From an uncultured Acidimicrobiia bacterium (GTDB lineage: Bacteria > Actinomycetota > Acidimicrobiia > Spongiisociales > UBA11373): a DNA stretch of 64,000 bases. Made by a program: the position numbers and the translations under genes. How positions within the stretch are numbered: position 1 is the stretch's first letter; each line of letters starts with the position of its first letter. The notes under the pieces were generated by a model that worked only from the letters and a program-made list of their open reading frames with translations, was not told where the DNA came from and searched no databases. This document shows positions 1 through 8,296 of this stretch, one piece after another. The stretch spans positions 63,969 through 127,968 of the forward strand of contig CAZWKX010000001.1 in the NCBI GenBank assembly GCA_964633975.1, written 5' to 3'.

Positions 1-65
1 GCGATGAACTGCGCCCGGTAGCGCCCCATGTCGCGCCAGACCTTGTGGGTCAGCGGCTTCACCAT
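1..65 (-). CDS. ABC transporter permease (FtsX/MacB-like), N-terminal fragment running off window
   Basis: Reverse-strand ATG at 65..63 gives [22 protein letters not shown]..., typical N-terminus of an FtsX-type permease. Its start overlaps the stop of the upstream ATPase (ATGGTGA). Confidence 0.4.
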   Translation of the reverse strand, partial: MVKPLTHKVWRDMGRYRAQFI

Positions 66-760
66 GTCAGCGCCTCCGCATCCACGGGCACTTCGATGTG
101 GCGGTCTTCAATGATCTCCCCCGAGCGGAGCCGCACTACACGGTCTGCGATCTCTCCGATGGCCGCGTTGTGAGTCACCAGCAGCATGGTCTGGCGGTTC
201 TCCCGATTGAGCCGGCGCAACAGCCCCAGGATGAGCCGGCCGGTCTCAAAGTCCAGCTCGCCGGTGGGCTCATCGCACAGCAGGATCGGAGGCTCCTTCG
301 CCAGCGCTCGGGCAATCGCCACCCGCTGCTGCTCGCCTCCTGAGAGCTGGGAGGGAAAGTGGTCGAAACGGCCAACCAGGCCCACCTGCTCCAGGGCGGT
401 GTGCGCCCGCTGCGCACCATCGCCCCGAGTTAGCTCGGCCACCAGCTCAACGTTCTCCGAGGCGGTGAGAGTCGGAATGAGATTGAAGAACTGGAAGACG
501 AAGCCGACCTGGGTTCTGCGGTACTCGACGCGCTCGTCGGCGTTCAACGAGCTCAGGTCGACATCACCGACACGAATGGACCCGGAGCTGACGTCGTCGA
601 TCGCCCCCACCAGGTTAAGCAGGGTCGTCTTGCCCGAGCCGCTGGGGCCGAGAATGACGATCATCTCGCCTGTGGGGACCTCCAAATCCACATCGCGAAG
701 GGCGTGAACCTCGGTCACGCCTTCTCCGTACGTCTTCCTTACCTTCTCTAGTGAGATCAT
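59..760 (-). CDS. ABC transporter ATP-binding protein (MacB/LolD/FtsE-type)
   Basis: 233 aa ORF with Walker [16 protein letters not shown] signature [15 protein letters not shown] and Walker [12 protein letters not shown]. Confidence 0.9.
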   Translation of the reverse strand: MISLEKVRKTYGEGVTEVHALRDVDLEVPTGEMIVILGPSGSGKTTLLNLVGAIDDVSSGSIRVGDVDLSSLNADERVEYRRTQVGFVFQFFNLIPTLTASENVELVAELTRGDGAQRAHTALEQVGLVGRFDHFPSQLSGGEQQRVAIARALAKEPPILLCDEPTGELDFETGRLILGLLRRLNRENRQTMLLVTHNAAIGEIADRVVRLRSGEIIEDRHIEVPVDAEALTW

Positions 761-769
761 CTCTCTTCC

Positions 770-1384
770 TCAGTTCCGTCGCACTTCCATTCCGTGAAAA
801 GCCGCTTCGACCTGGCGCGCCGTTGCCGTTCGAACGTCCTGCGGCTGCACCGCCCCAATCATCACGAACATGAGGAGCTGCATCATCAACACCGAATACA
901 GAAGCAGCGTCGCCTCCTCCAGCGGCACCTCGGCATCGACCAGGCCGCGCTTACGGAACCCGGTCAGCAGGCCGCCGAGCTCCGAAAGGAGCCTCACGTC
1001 CATCGCCATCAGCTCTCCTGAGATGCTTTGACCCGACATTCCCGCGATCAGAACATCGTGAAGCAGGCGGCGGTCGAACTCGAGCAGAAAATCGAGGTAC
1101 ACGTCGAACAAGGCCTGCACCGCCCGCACCGGGTCATCGCCCGGCTCGGCGAGCACGGCGGCGCTGCTTTCGGTCATCGCCGACATCCACTCGTTGAAGA
1201 GAGCAAGAAGCAAGGAGCTCTTCGACCCGAAGTAGTTGTATAGGGTCCCCACCGAGACCTCGGCGGCGGCGGCGATCTCTTCCATCGTGGTCTCGTCGAG
1301 CCCCCGGACCTCGAAGAGCCTCCTCGCCTCGGCCAGGATCTGCTCTCGGGTTCGCTGTTTCTTGCGATCGCGTAGGCTCAACAT
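770..1384 (-). CDS. TetR/AcrR family transcriptional regulator
   Basis: 204 aa. N-terminal HTH RTREQILAEARRLFEVRGLDETTMEEIAAAAEVSVGTLYNYFGSK is a classical TetR_N signature. Confidence 0.9.
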   Translation of the reverse strand: MLSLRDRKKQRTREQILAEARRLFEVRGLDETTMEEIAAAAEVSVGTLYNYFGSKSSLLLALFNEWMSAMTESSAAVLAEPGDDPVRAVQALFDVYLDFLLEFDRRLLHDVLIAGMSGQSISGELMAMDVRLLSELGGLLTGFRKRGLVDAEVPLEEATLLLYSVLMMQLLMFVMIGAVQPQDVRTATARQVEAAFHGMEVRRN

Positions 1385-1450
1385 ATCTATACTCGTTATA
1401 ATTTTGGATGCCTTACAAAGTTAGATGTTCTTCAGACGCGTGTCAAGCTG
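1385..1450. promoter_or_regulatory. AT-rich promoter/operator island immediately upstream of tetR start
   Basis: The stretch tatctatactcgttataattttggatgccttacaaagttagatg is strongly AT-rich in a ~70% GC context. TATAAT/TATAGA-like hexamers sit within 12 nt of the tetR ATG, suggesting a leaderless or near-leaderless transcript. Confidence 0.3.
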
Positions 1451-1597
1451 CACGTGGCTCCCCGGCTCAGAGCCCCATTGGGAGCAGACCGAGTACGCCG
1501 GACGGCAGCCAAGGCACGACGGTTGGCTGCCCCGGGGCTCCGCCTGGTGAAGGAGAGGAGGCCCCGCCGGCGAGGCCTGTGCCGGTCCACAGGGTCC

Positions 1598-1804
1598 TCA
1601 GGAGCCGGCGACCGTCCCGAAGCTGAGCCTGACGCTGGCACCCACCTCACCCGGCCTCTCGGCATCGCCGTTGGCGTAGCTCACCTCGACGGCGAAGTCG
1701 TCGAGGTCGAGGGCCAATCCGGCAGCTCGAAGCGCCTCCAGACCCCCCGCCGCCCCTTCCGTCGCGGCGCGAATGAGATCACGCAACTCCCCGATTCCCG
1801 CCAT
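1598..1804 (-). CDS. Small hypothetical protein, Trypco2-like (trypsin-co-occurring domain 2 / CU044_2847-like) C-terminal segment
   Basis: MAGIGELRDLIRAATEGAAGG...LALDLDDFAVEVSYANGDAERPGEVGASVRLSFG resembles the EIEFGVKL...AEAG...V.L.W core of Trypco2 proteins. Recalled from memory, not searched. Start taken as the second Met of ORF 1598..1891. Confidence 0.3.
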   Translation of the reverse strand: MAGIGELRDLIRAATEGAAGGLEALRAAGLALDLDDFAVEVSYANGDAERPGEVGASVRLSFGTVAGS

Positions 1805-1968
1805 CCCTCTCCCCCGACGAAACGCTCGTGGCGACAGGGTGGCGGCATGCTGTCTTTGGGCTGTCGCATCGCCACGGTGGTCTCCGGCCACCGTGGGCTC
1901 AAGACCGCCTTGCGGAGAGAGACGTGGCTACAACAGCCTGCATCGGCTCGGCCGATGCAGGCACGGCA

Positions 1969-2217
1969 TCAGCCGATGAGTGCGTCGACCGCGTCCGGCC
2001 AGGGCTCCCGAGCCCCGAGCCGATCCTCGAACGGCATGTCGATCGCAGCAGCCAGGAGCCGGCCCACCAGCACCGACAGCGACACGCCTTCGGCACGGGC
2101 CCGCTCACGAAGAGCTCGCGCCACCTCAAGAGGTACACGCGCCACGAGCCGCTCTCGCGCCGCCACCCATTCGGCGGCCGGGCGGGGCGATCCCCAATCG
2201 ATGGCCCGATCCGTCAA
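1969..2217 (-). CDS. Small ribbon-helix-helix-like DNA-binding protein (putative antitoxin/regulator)
   Basis: 82 aa. ARVPLEVARALRERARAEGVSLSVLVGRLLAAAI fits a beta-strand-helix-helix (RHH/CopG-like) pattern. Sits next to the Trypco2-like ORF and a perfect inverted repeat. Confidence 0.35.
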   Translation of the reverse strand: MTDRAIDWGSPRPAAEWVAARERLVARVPLEVARALRERARAEGVSLSVLVGRLLAAAIDMPFEDRLGAREPWPDAVDALIG

Positions 2218-2275
2218 CTTGCGCTCCTTGTGTGCGCACCACTAGCAAACCACGAGTCACGCGCCCTGGGTGGGA

Positions 2276-2300
2276 TTTCCCGCGCGATGCGCGCGGGAAA
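2276..2300. repeat. Perfect 11-bp inverted repeat TTTCCCGCGCG-ATG-CGCGCGGGAAA
   Basis: Read directly at 2276-2300, in the divergent intergenic region between the RHH-like ORF (start 2217) and DUF1918 (start 2402). Candidate operator or stable hairpin. Confidence 0.5.
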
Positions 2301-2401
2301 CTCCCAACTTCGCTCAACGACGGCGCCTCCGCAGAGACAGCGGAACATGCCACATGCGCCCTCGCGGCTGATCATCTAGCGTTGGAGCGACGGAGGGAGA
2401 C

Positions 2402-2584
2402 ATGAAGCTCCAGAAAGGGATGCGAGTCCGGGAGCTGACCAAAAAGGTCGGCCAGGTCCCGCGCCGAGGCAAGGTGCTCGACGTGCACGGGCACACAGTC
2501 GACGTGGCATGGGACGACGGCCAGGTCAGCTCCATCAGCCACGGGTTCCTGTTCCCCGCCGGCGCGGAGAAGCAGGGCTCCTAG
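2402..2584 (+). CDS. DUF1918 family small protein
   Basis: 60 aa. ...HGHTVDVAWDDGQVSSISHGFLFPAG matches the conserved ..V.WDDG..S....G...P core of actinobacterial DUF1918 proteins. Confidence 0.6.
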   Translation: MKLQKGMRVRELTKKVGQVPRRGKVLDVHGHTVDVAWDDGQVSSISHGFLFPAGAEKQGS

Positions 2585-2612
2585 ATCCCCGCTCATCAGA
2601 TCGCCCGGCGCG

Positions 2613-3461
2613 TCAGCGCATGTCGCCGGCGCTTCGCCAGGCCTGAACCCAGCGCACCTTCCCACCTTGCATGACGGCCCCGGCGTAGAGACGGCCGGCG
2701 AAGCGGGTGAGGCCGTAGATGGTGACGATAACGAGAGCTATGGAGGCCGCTATCTCCCAAGGAGCGGCGAATCCCCTCACCATACGCAGCGGCATGCTCA
2801 GGGGGGCGGTGAGGGGTACGAGCGAAAGCACGCGCAAGAGCACATTGTCTCCGGCTTGGACCGAGCTGACTGCCACGACGTAGGGGATCAACAGAACGAT
2901 ATTGATAGGGAGAGCGGCGTTGGTCACATTCTCATGAGGAGCCACCAGCGCGCCTGCGGCCCCGTAGACCATCGAGTACAACGAGAACCCGAGCAGGAAC
3001 CAGACGGCGACGGTCACGAGCCCCAGAGCGGTCCCCTTCGGAACCTCGAAGACATCGAAGATATCGGCGGTCACCAGCAGCGATCCCACCGCCAGCACGA
3101 TCTCGGCGAACCCCAGTAAACCGATGGCGGTCACCTTCCCGGCCAGGAGATGCCGCGGGTGCATGGTGCCGAGCACCACCTCGACGACGCGGCTCCGCTT
3201 CTCCTCGGCCACCCCCTCCATGATCACCTGGCCGGTGACGAGGATGGCCAGAAAGAGCAGGATGACGCTCAGCGCCCCCAGCAGCTGGTCGGCTTCGGAG
3301 CCGGATATCCGCGCCCTACCGTGCGAGGCGGTGGCGAAGTCGGCGATCACGATGCCGCCCACCGCAAGCGACACGAGCACAAACGACACGATGAGGAACC
3401 CCCTCTTTCGGGCCCGGAACTCCCGGCTCATCACCAGCAGCACGCTGTGCCACGGCTTCAA
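2613..3461 (-). CDS. ABC-2 family transporter permease
   Basis: 282 aa polytopic membrane protein of about 6 TM. Its start overlaps the stop of the downstream ATPase by 4 nt (3458..3461), an operon arrangement typical of DrrAB-like exporters. Confidence 0.8.
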   Translation of the reverse strand: MKPWHSVLLVMSREFRARKRGFLIVSFVLVSLAVGGIVIADFATASHGRARISGSEADQLLGALSVILLFLAILVTGQVIMEGVAEEKRSRVVEVVLGTMHPRHLLAGKVTAIGLLGFAEIVLAVGSLLVTADIFDVFEVPKGTALGLVTVAVWFLLGFSLYSMVYGAAGALVAPHENVTNAALPINIVLLIPYVVAVSSVQAGDNVLLRVLSLVPLTAPLSMPLRMVRGFAAPWEIAASIALVIVTIYGLTRFAGRLYAGAVMQGGKVRWVQAWRSAGDMR

Positions 3462-4354
3462 CGTGTCACCGCCTCGCGGAAGACCTCGGACAGTCGCGGC
3501 GGGAGGAAGGCGAACTCGACGATCTCACCGGCCTTTCGAGCCCTCGCCACCAGCTCCGCGGGATCGCTGTCTCGATCAACCATCAGACGCACTCGGTCGC
3601 CGCTGCGCATCACGATCTCGGCTCCCTCCACGGCTTCGGCCCAATCCGTTCCTCCTCCGTCGAGTAGCACATCGACGTATCGGTGCGGCGACGCGGCACG
3701 CAGTGCATCGACCCGGCCCGACAGGACGACACGACCTTCGTTGATGATGACCACGTCCTCACAGAGATGCTCCACCACATCGAGCTGGTGGCTGGAAAAG
3801 AGCACCGCCGCCCCGCCGGCGGCCTGATCACGGAGAATCGCCGCCATCATCTCGGCGGCCACCGGGTCGAGCCCAGAAAAAGGCTCGTCGAGCACGAGCA
3901 CCTTCGGCTCGTGCACCAGAGCGACGGCCAGCTGCACCCGCTGCTGGTTTCCATGAGAGAGATCCTGAAGCCGGATCTGTGCTCGATCGGCGAGACCGAA
4001 CGCCTCCAGCAGCCTGCCTGCCGCTGTACCCGCGTCGGAGCGGCTCATGCCGTGGAGGCGCCCAAAGTAGGTCACCTGCTCCAAGACCCTCATCCGGGGG
4101 TACAGGCCCCGCTCCTCCGGCATGTACCCGAAGCCGAGCCAGGCCCCACGATCCAGCGGCCTGCCATTCCAGGTGATGACGCCGGCGTCGAGGCCGACGA
4201 GCCCGAACACCGAACGCATCGCCGTGGTCTTGCCTGCGCCGTTTGGACCCAGGAACCCCACCATCTGCCCCGGCCCGACTCCAAAAGAGCAGGCATCGAG
4301 AGCAACCACGTCGCCGTAGCGCTTGTGGAGTCCTTCCAGTACGAGCACGGTCAC
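3458..4354 (-). CDS. ABC transporter ATP-binding protein (DrrA/ABC-2 type)
   Basis: 298 aa with Walker A GFLGPNGAGKTT, signature LSHGNQQRVQLAVAL and Walker B VLVLDEPFSGLDP. Confidence 0.9.
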   Translation of the reverse strand: MTVLVLEGLHKRYGDVVALDACSFGVGPGQMVGFLGPNGAGKTTAMRSVFGLVGLDAGVITWNGRPLDRGAWLGFGYMPEERGLYPRMRVLEQVTYFGRLHGMSRSDAGTAAGRLLEAFGLADRAQIRLQDLSHGNQQRVQLAVALVHEPKVLVLDEPFSGLDPVAAEMMAAILRDQAAGGAAVLFSSHQLDVVEHLCEDVVIINEGRVVLSGRVDALRAASPHRYVDVLLDGGGTDWAEAVEGAEIVMRSGDRVRLMVDRDSDPAELVARARKAGEIVEFAFLPPRLSEVFREAVTR

Positions 4355-4490
4355 CTATACAAGCGGAAACTCGGCACGGCAGCGAGGGCCAAACGGCCGT
4401 ACGCTTCGGCGGAGGGGGCCAGCGCCGAGGCCGAGCCGGGCCGGGCCGATTGAGGTCCGACCCCGCCTGCTCTTCGACGGCGCGACCCGG

Positions 4491-5039
4491 TTAGCTGCGG
4501 GCCACCGAGACGGTCCCTTCGGCCGTGGTGCCGTCGTTGAACTGAACCACGTAGTCGCCCTCGATACCTCCGTCGGCGCCTATGGACCCGGCAACCGTGA
4601 GAGCGGTGATGCGGCCAGACGGACCCGGGACTGCATCGGCAACAAGCTCGAACGTGTCATCCACGGCCACGTCGAGCGTAAGATCGCCGACAACCGCGCT
4701 CGTGCCTGTGAGCGGTGGCTCACCCCCGATCTCGAACGTCAACGTCTCAGCAGGCGGATCGCCCATCCCGAACACGAAGCGGCCGAGATCGACATCCACC
4801 GTCACCGTTGCGGTCGCGGCGTCGACGGAGACCTCGGCCTCGATCGATCCGCTGGAGCCGTACGTGGTGTTGGACCACTCCCCCGTGTAGTCGCCGACGA
4901 GGGCCTGCGCCATCATGACGGCAAGCTGGGCCTCCGACACGGCGGTCGTGGTCTCCTCCACAGTCGTGGCCTCGGTCGTGGTGGACTCGATGGTCGTCGA
5001 GGCCTCAACGGTCGTGGTTCGCGCTTCGGTCGTCGTCAC
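4491..5039 (-). CDS. Secreted/lipoprotein mature domain with Thr/Glu-rich linker. The signal peptide lies out of frame just upstream (see 4491..5104).
   Basis: 182 aa ORF with a GTG start. Begins with low-complexity TTTEARTTTVEASTTIESTTTEATTVEETTT, followed by a beta-rich domain. No signal peptide in this frame. Confidence 0.55.
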   Translation of the reverse strand: MTTTEARTTTVEASTTIESTTTEATTVEETTTAVSEAQLAVMMAQALVGDYTGEWSNTTYGSSGSIEAEVSVDAATATVTVDVDLGRFVFGMGDPPAETLTFEIGGEPPLTGTSAVVGDLTLDVAVDDTFELVADAVPGPSGRITALTVAGSIGADGGIEGDYVVQFNDGTTAEGTVSVARS

Positions 5040-5104
5040 ATCTCGTCGCCGCAGGCGGCGCCGAGCACCGCCACCACCACGAGCAGAATCAGAAGCCGGC
5101 GCAT
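4491..5104 (-). pseudogene. Lipoprotein gene with apparent single-nucleotide frameshift between signal peptide and mature domain (or sequencing error)
   Basis: Reverse-strand ATG at 5104 encodes MRRLLILLVVVAVLGAACGDEM* (Sec signal plus lipobox-like LGAAC). It ends at a TGA that overlaps the GTG start of the Thr-rich ORF (ATGTGA) in the adjacent frame. Confidence 0.4.
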
Positions 5105-5183
5105 TGCGCTCCCTCCCCTTGCGTGAGACCCGCAGCCTAACCAGCAGGGTGTCCCCAAACCCTGGCGCCTCGGCAGGCCGACC

Positions 5184-6788
5184 CTAGAAGCTCGCGACTT
5201 CCGGAACCTGCCACGCCGACGCCGTCCCCGCGATGATCCGCCCCAGCGTCTCCCACACCTCCGAGCTGGCGATGTCTCCCCCCTGCAGCCAGGTCGCGAT
5301 CATCTGCTGCACGTCGTGCCGGCCGCGCAGACCGCCGTGGAATCCGGGAACCACAACCACGTCGACGCTCCCGTACTCGAGATCGCTCGGGTTGGTGACC
5401 GCGTCGGCAAGAGGAAGGATCACCACCTCCTCCACGTCGGGCCAGTCGTACAGAGTGCGGGCCAGCTCCTCTGCGTCACGGCGCAACGAGTCGGTGAAGG
5501 GCCCATCCGCGGACAGCTCGATCGGTGCCAACGAATCGATGAGCGCTCCCAGGGCCCGCAGCTGATAGCCGGCGACGACGCCCCTCCCCTCCTCACCCCA
5601 ATCCGGGTACGTGGCCCGGCCCGGTTCGACTATCGGGCTCAACAGCACGAGCCGATCGATGTCGGCGTCGGGATACCGATTGAGGAAAGCGATCGTCACC
5701 AGCGTGCCCTCGCTCTCGGCCACTATCGCCACCGGCTTTCCATGGCGCCGGGCCAAAGCGGTCACCTGTTCGTTCATGAGAACCGCGAGATCGGCTATGT
5801 CGGCATCGGTGGCCACGCCGGGATGCGACAGGGGACGCGCCTCGGCGTCGAGACCCACATAGGAGAACTGCTCTACGGCCAAATCCGGCGCGATCGCCGC
5901 CAGATCGTCCGCCTCGTCGCAGCAGCCGCTGGCAAAACCGGCCACGAGCAGCACGGTGTGGCCTCCTTGAAGCGTCTCGACCTGGCCCGCTCCCCCGGGA
6001 TCCTCAGTGGCGAAGGCGACAAAACCCAGCCGCGTGCCTCCGACGACGACCACAAACAAGACCGCGATGGCCACCACCGTTGCCGGCACCACCCGCAGCC
6101 GCCGTCCGGGGAGCCCGAGCACGATGGCCCGCACACTGTGATGCCAAGCCCAGGCGTTGAACAGGCCGACGACGGCGACGACCGACAGATCCAGCACGGC
6201 GCCGCGGCCGGCCACGGCGAGCGCGGCCAGGCTGAGCACGAGGAAGGAGAGCGCCATCCAGCCGACGGACCGGGCCGGAGGCAGGCGCCGCCACCATTCG
6301 CAATCGATGCCGCCGTGGTGAATGAGGAGGATGGTTGCAATGGCGGGAGGCAGCGCGGCGAAGAACACCCAGGACAGCGGGACCACCGCAGCACCGAAGA
6401 GGAGGGTGACCCACGGCGACAGCAGAACCACGGCGGCAACGGTGACCACAGCCGAATGCATCCAGGCGATCCAGAAACCGGGACGCTCCTCCCCGGCAGG
6501 CCAGGCCGATCGCACGAGCATGGCGGTCAGCAGCGACCGCAGAGCCACGAGCGCGACTAGGCCGAAGGCGAAGCTGAGAATCGAGCCGTGGAACACGAAG
6601 AGCCAGCGGAGATCGTGGAACGCGCCGAACGGGCCGAGTGCCGACACCTGAGGTGCCAGGCTCAGTCCCGACGGCATGCCGAGAAGCAACAGGACGATAC
6701 CCTCGGCCACCGGGACGCCCACCGCGAGCGCGAGGAGCGGCCGACGGTGCCAGAAGTCAGGCTCCAGCCAACGCATAGTCCCCCACAC
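5184..6788 (-). CDS. Polytopic membrane protein with C-terminal alpha/beta-hydrolase-like domain
   Basis: 534 aa. N-terminal ~290 aa hydrophobic (about 8 TM). C-terminal domain has HTVLLVAGF (oxyanion-strand-like) and AESEG (GxSxG-variant nucleophile elbow). Confidence 0.65.
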   Translation of the reverse strand: MWGTMRWLEPDFWHRRPLLALAVGVPVAEGIVLLLLGMPSGLSLAPQVSALGPFGAFHDLRWLFVFHGSILSFAFGLVALVALRSLLTAMLVRSAWPAGEERPGFWIAWMHSAVVTVAAVVLLSPWVTLLFGAAVVPLSWVFFAALPPAIATILLIHHGGIDCEWWRRLPPARSVGWMALSFLVLSLAALAVAGRGAVLDLSVVAVVGLFNAWAWHHSVRAIVLGLPGRRLRVVPATVVAIAVLFVVVVGGTRLGFVAFATEDPGGAGQVETLQGGHTVLLVAGFASGCCDEADDLAAIAPDLAVEQFSYVGLDAEARPLSHPGVATDADIADLAVLMNEQVTALARRHGKPVAIVAESEGTLVTIAFLNRYPDADIDRLVLLSPIVEPGRATYPDWGEEGRGVVAGYQLRALGALIDSLAPIELSADGPFTDSLRRDAEELARTLYDWPDVEEVVILPLADAVTNPSDLEYGSVDVVVVPGFHGGLRGRHDVQQMIATWLQGGDIASSEVWETLGRIIAGTASAWQVPEVASF

Positions 6789-6902
6789 GTCGCTACCTCA
6801 ATTCAACCAGAGACGCGGGCGTTTCGTGACAGTAATCCGGGGCGCGTGCTCCAAGAGACCAGGAGCCGCAGAGCTCGGAGATAGTTCCACTGCAAAACCG
6901 GC

Positions 6903-8138
6903 TCAGGAGAAGTCGTCGCAGCCGTCCGAGCCGGCGCTCACGTAGTAGATGAGGTTCTCGCCCTCTTCGATGGCGGTGATGCCAAAGACGATGCCACCGC
7001 CCCAAGCCAGGCCCCTGGTGGCGTCGAAGAAGTTGGGCTGCCCATAGATGGCGACGAACTCGTCGCGGCTGCGACCGATGGTCACCCCTTCGGCGGTGGC
7101 GAGCGCCATGGCCCCGATGTCGACGGCACGCGGATCGTCCGACTCGTAGGTGTATTGGGCCAGAACCCGGGTCCCGTCGGCCACGTCGCTGAAATCGATG
7201 GTGAGCACCGCCGGGTTCTCCGAGCCCGACTCGGCGGCCTGGATCACCCAGGTGATGTGTCGGTTGGTGCCCCGGCAGGTTCGGCCGCCGGCGTTTCCGG
7301 TCTGCCAGTCGGTATCTGCGGAAGGCTCCCCGAGCAGATCAATCAGCAACTCGATGACTGCGTCGGCATCATCGTCGAACGCGGCGATCCCGATCCCGCC
7401 CGAACCCAGGTACATGTCGCCGAAGTCGATGTTGACGACGTGGGGACGGGCCGCCTCGACGTCTATCAGGTACGAGGTGGGCACCGACGCCGATACCCGA
7501 ATGCTGTAGGCGCTCTCCGAGGGAAGCTGGCCCGCCCAACTGCCGCCCGGCCCCAGATAGCGCACCTGAGTGCCGTCGTCCCTCTCAATCGTGACCTCGA
7601 CCTCACCTTCGGAGACGATGATGGAGAACACTCGGCCTTCGACGCCGCTGAGGGCGAAGACCTCGTCGTCCCCGTCGTCCACGTTCCCGGCGATCTGCTG
7701 AATCGTGTCCCTGTCGGTGAAGACCACGTCTCGGTCCTCGCTGCATTCCCGAGCGAGCATGGCAAAAGTGCCTTCATCGGGATTGCCGGACGGAACGCGC
7801 CGCACCGAGGCCTGGACGTAGGCGACGGCGCGGCCGGTGATGGGGCCGAACACGCCGTCGACACTCACCTCTCCCTCCCCGGGCACCGGCTCGCCGTAGC
7901 CGTCACATACGAGATAGTGCTGAAGTGCCTCCACGTAGCCGCCTCGCTGGCCCTGGATGACAAAAGCCGGCCCGTTCTGTTCGAGAGTGATGACGTCGCC
8001 GAGCGTCGTCGTCGTCGCGGAGGTCGTGGTCGTCACAACGGTCGTGGGCGCCGCTTCGCCCGAGCAGGCGGCAACGACCAGGGCCAAAGCCGCTCCGACG
8101 GCGGGGAAGATCCTCCTCAGCCTCCTTCCCATGGCCAC
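6903..8138 (-). CDS. Lipoprotein with peptidoglycan-binding (PG_binding_1-like) domain
   Basis: 411 aa. Signal plus lipobox LALVVAACSGE, Thr-rich linker, then GGYVEALQHYLVCDGYG...VDGVFGPITGRAVAYVQ resembling the PGBD motif. Confidence 0.7.
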   Translation of the reverse strand: MAMGRRLRRIFPAVGAALALVVAACSGEAAPTTVVTTTTSATTTTLGDVITLEQNGPAFVIQGQRGGYVEALQHYLVCDGYGEPVPGEGEVSVDGVFGPITGRAVAYVQASVRRVPSGNPDEGTFAMLARECSEDRDVVFTDRDTIQQIAGNVDDGDDEVFALSGVEGRVFSIIVSEGEVEVTIERDDGTQVRYLGPGGSWAGQLPSESAYSIRVSASVPTSYLIDVEAARPHVVNIDFGDMYLGSGGIGIAAFDDDADAVIELLIDLLGEPSADTDWQTGNAGGRTCRGTNRHITWVIQAAESGSENPAVLTIDFSDVADGTRVLAQYTYESDDPRAVDIGAMALATAEGVTIGRSRDEFVAIYGQPNFFDATRGLAWGGGIVFGITAIEEGENLIYYVSAGSDGCDDFS

Positions 8139-8296
8139 AGAGTACGCGAATCACGCCACACGGGTGTAGTCGAAACCCCCACCGGGCCCCGGAAGCCACA
8201 CCCCCGGCTCGGTCGGCACACACAAAAAGCCCTCTCGCACGGCCCACTCCGGCCCGGATCGACGCTGCCGACCCAAACGCGCGCCATCATGGGGCC

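Noticed and set aside
830-845. GTTCGAAC palindrome inside tetR, considered as a possible LexA site.
   Set aside because: It lacks the TCGAAC-N4-GTTCGA geometry and lies inside a coding region.
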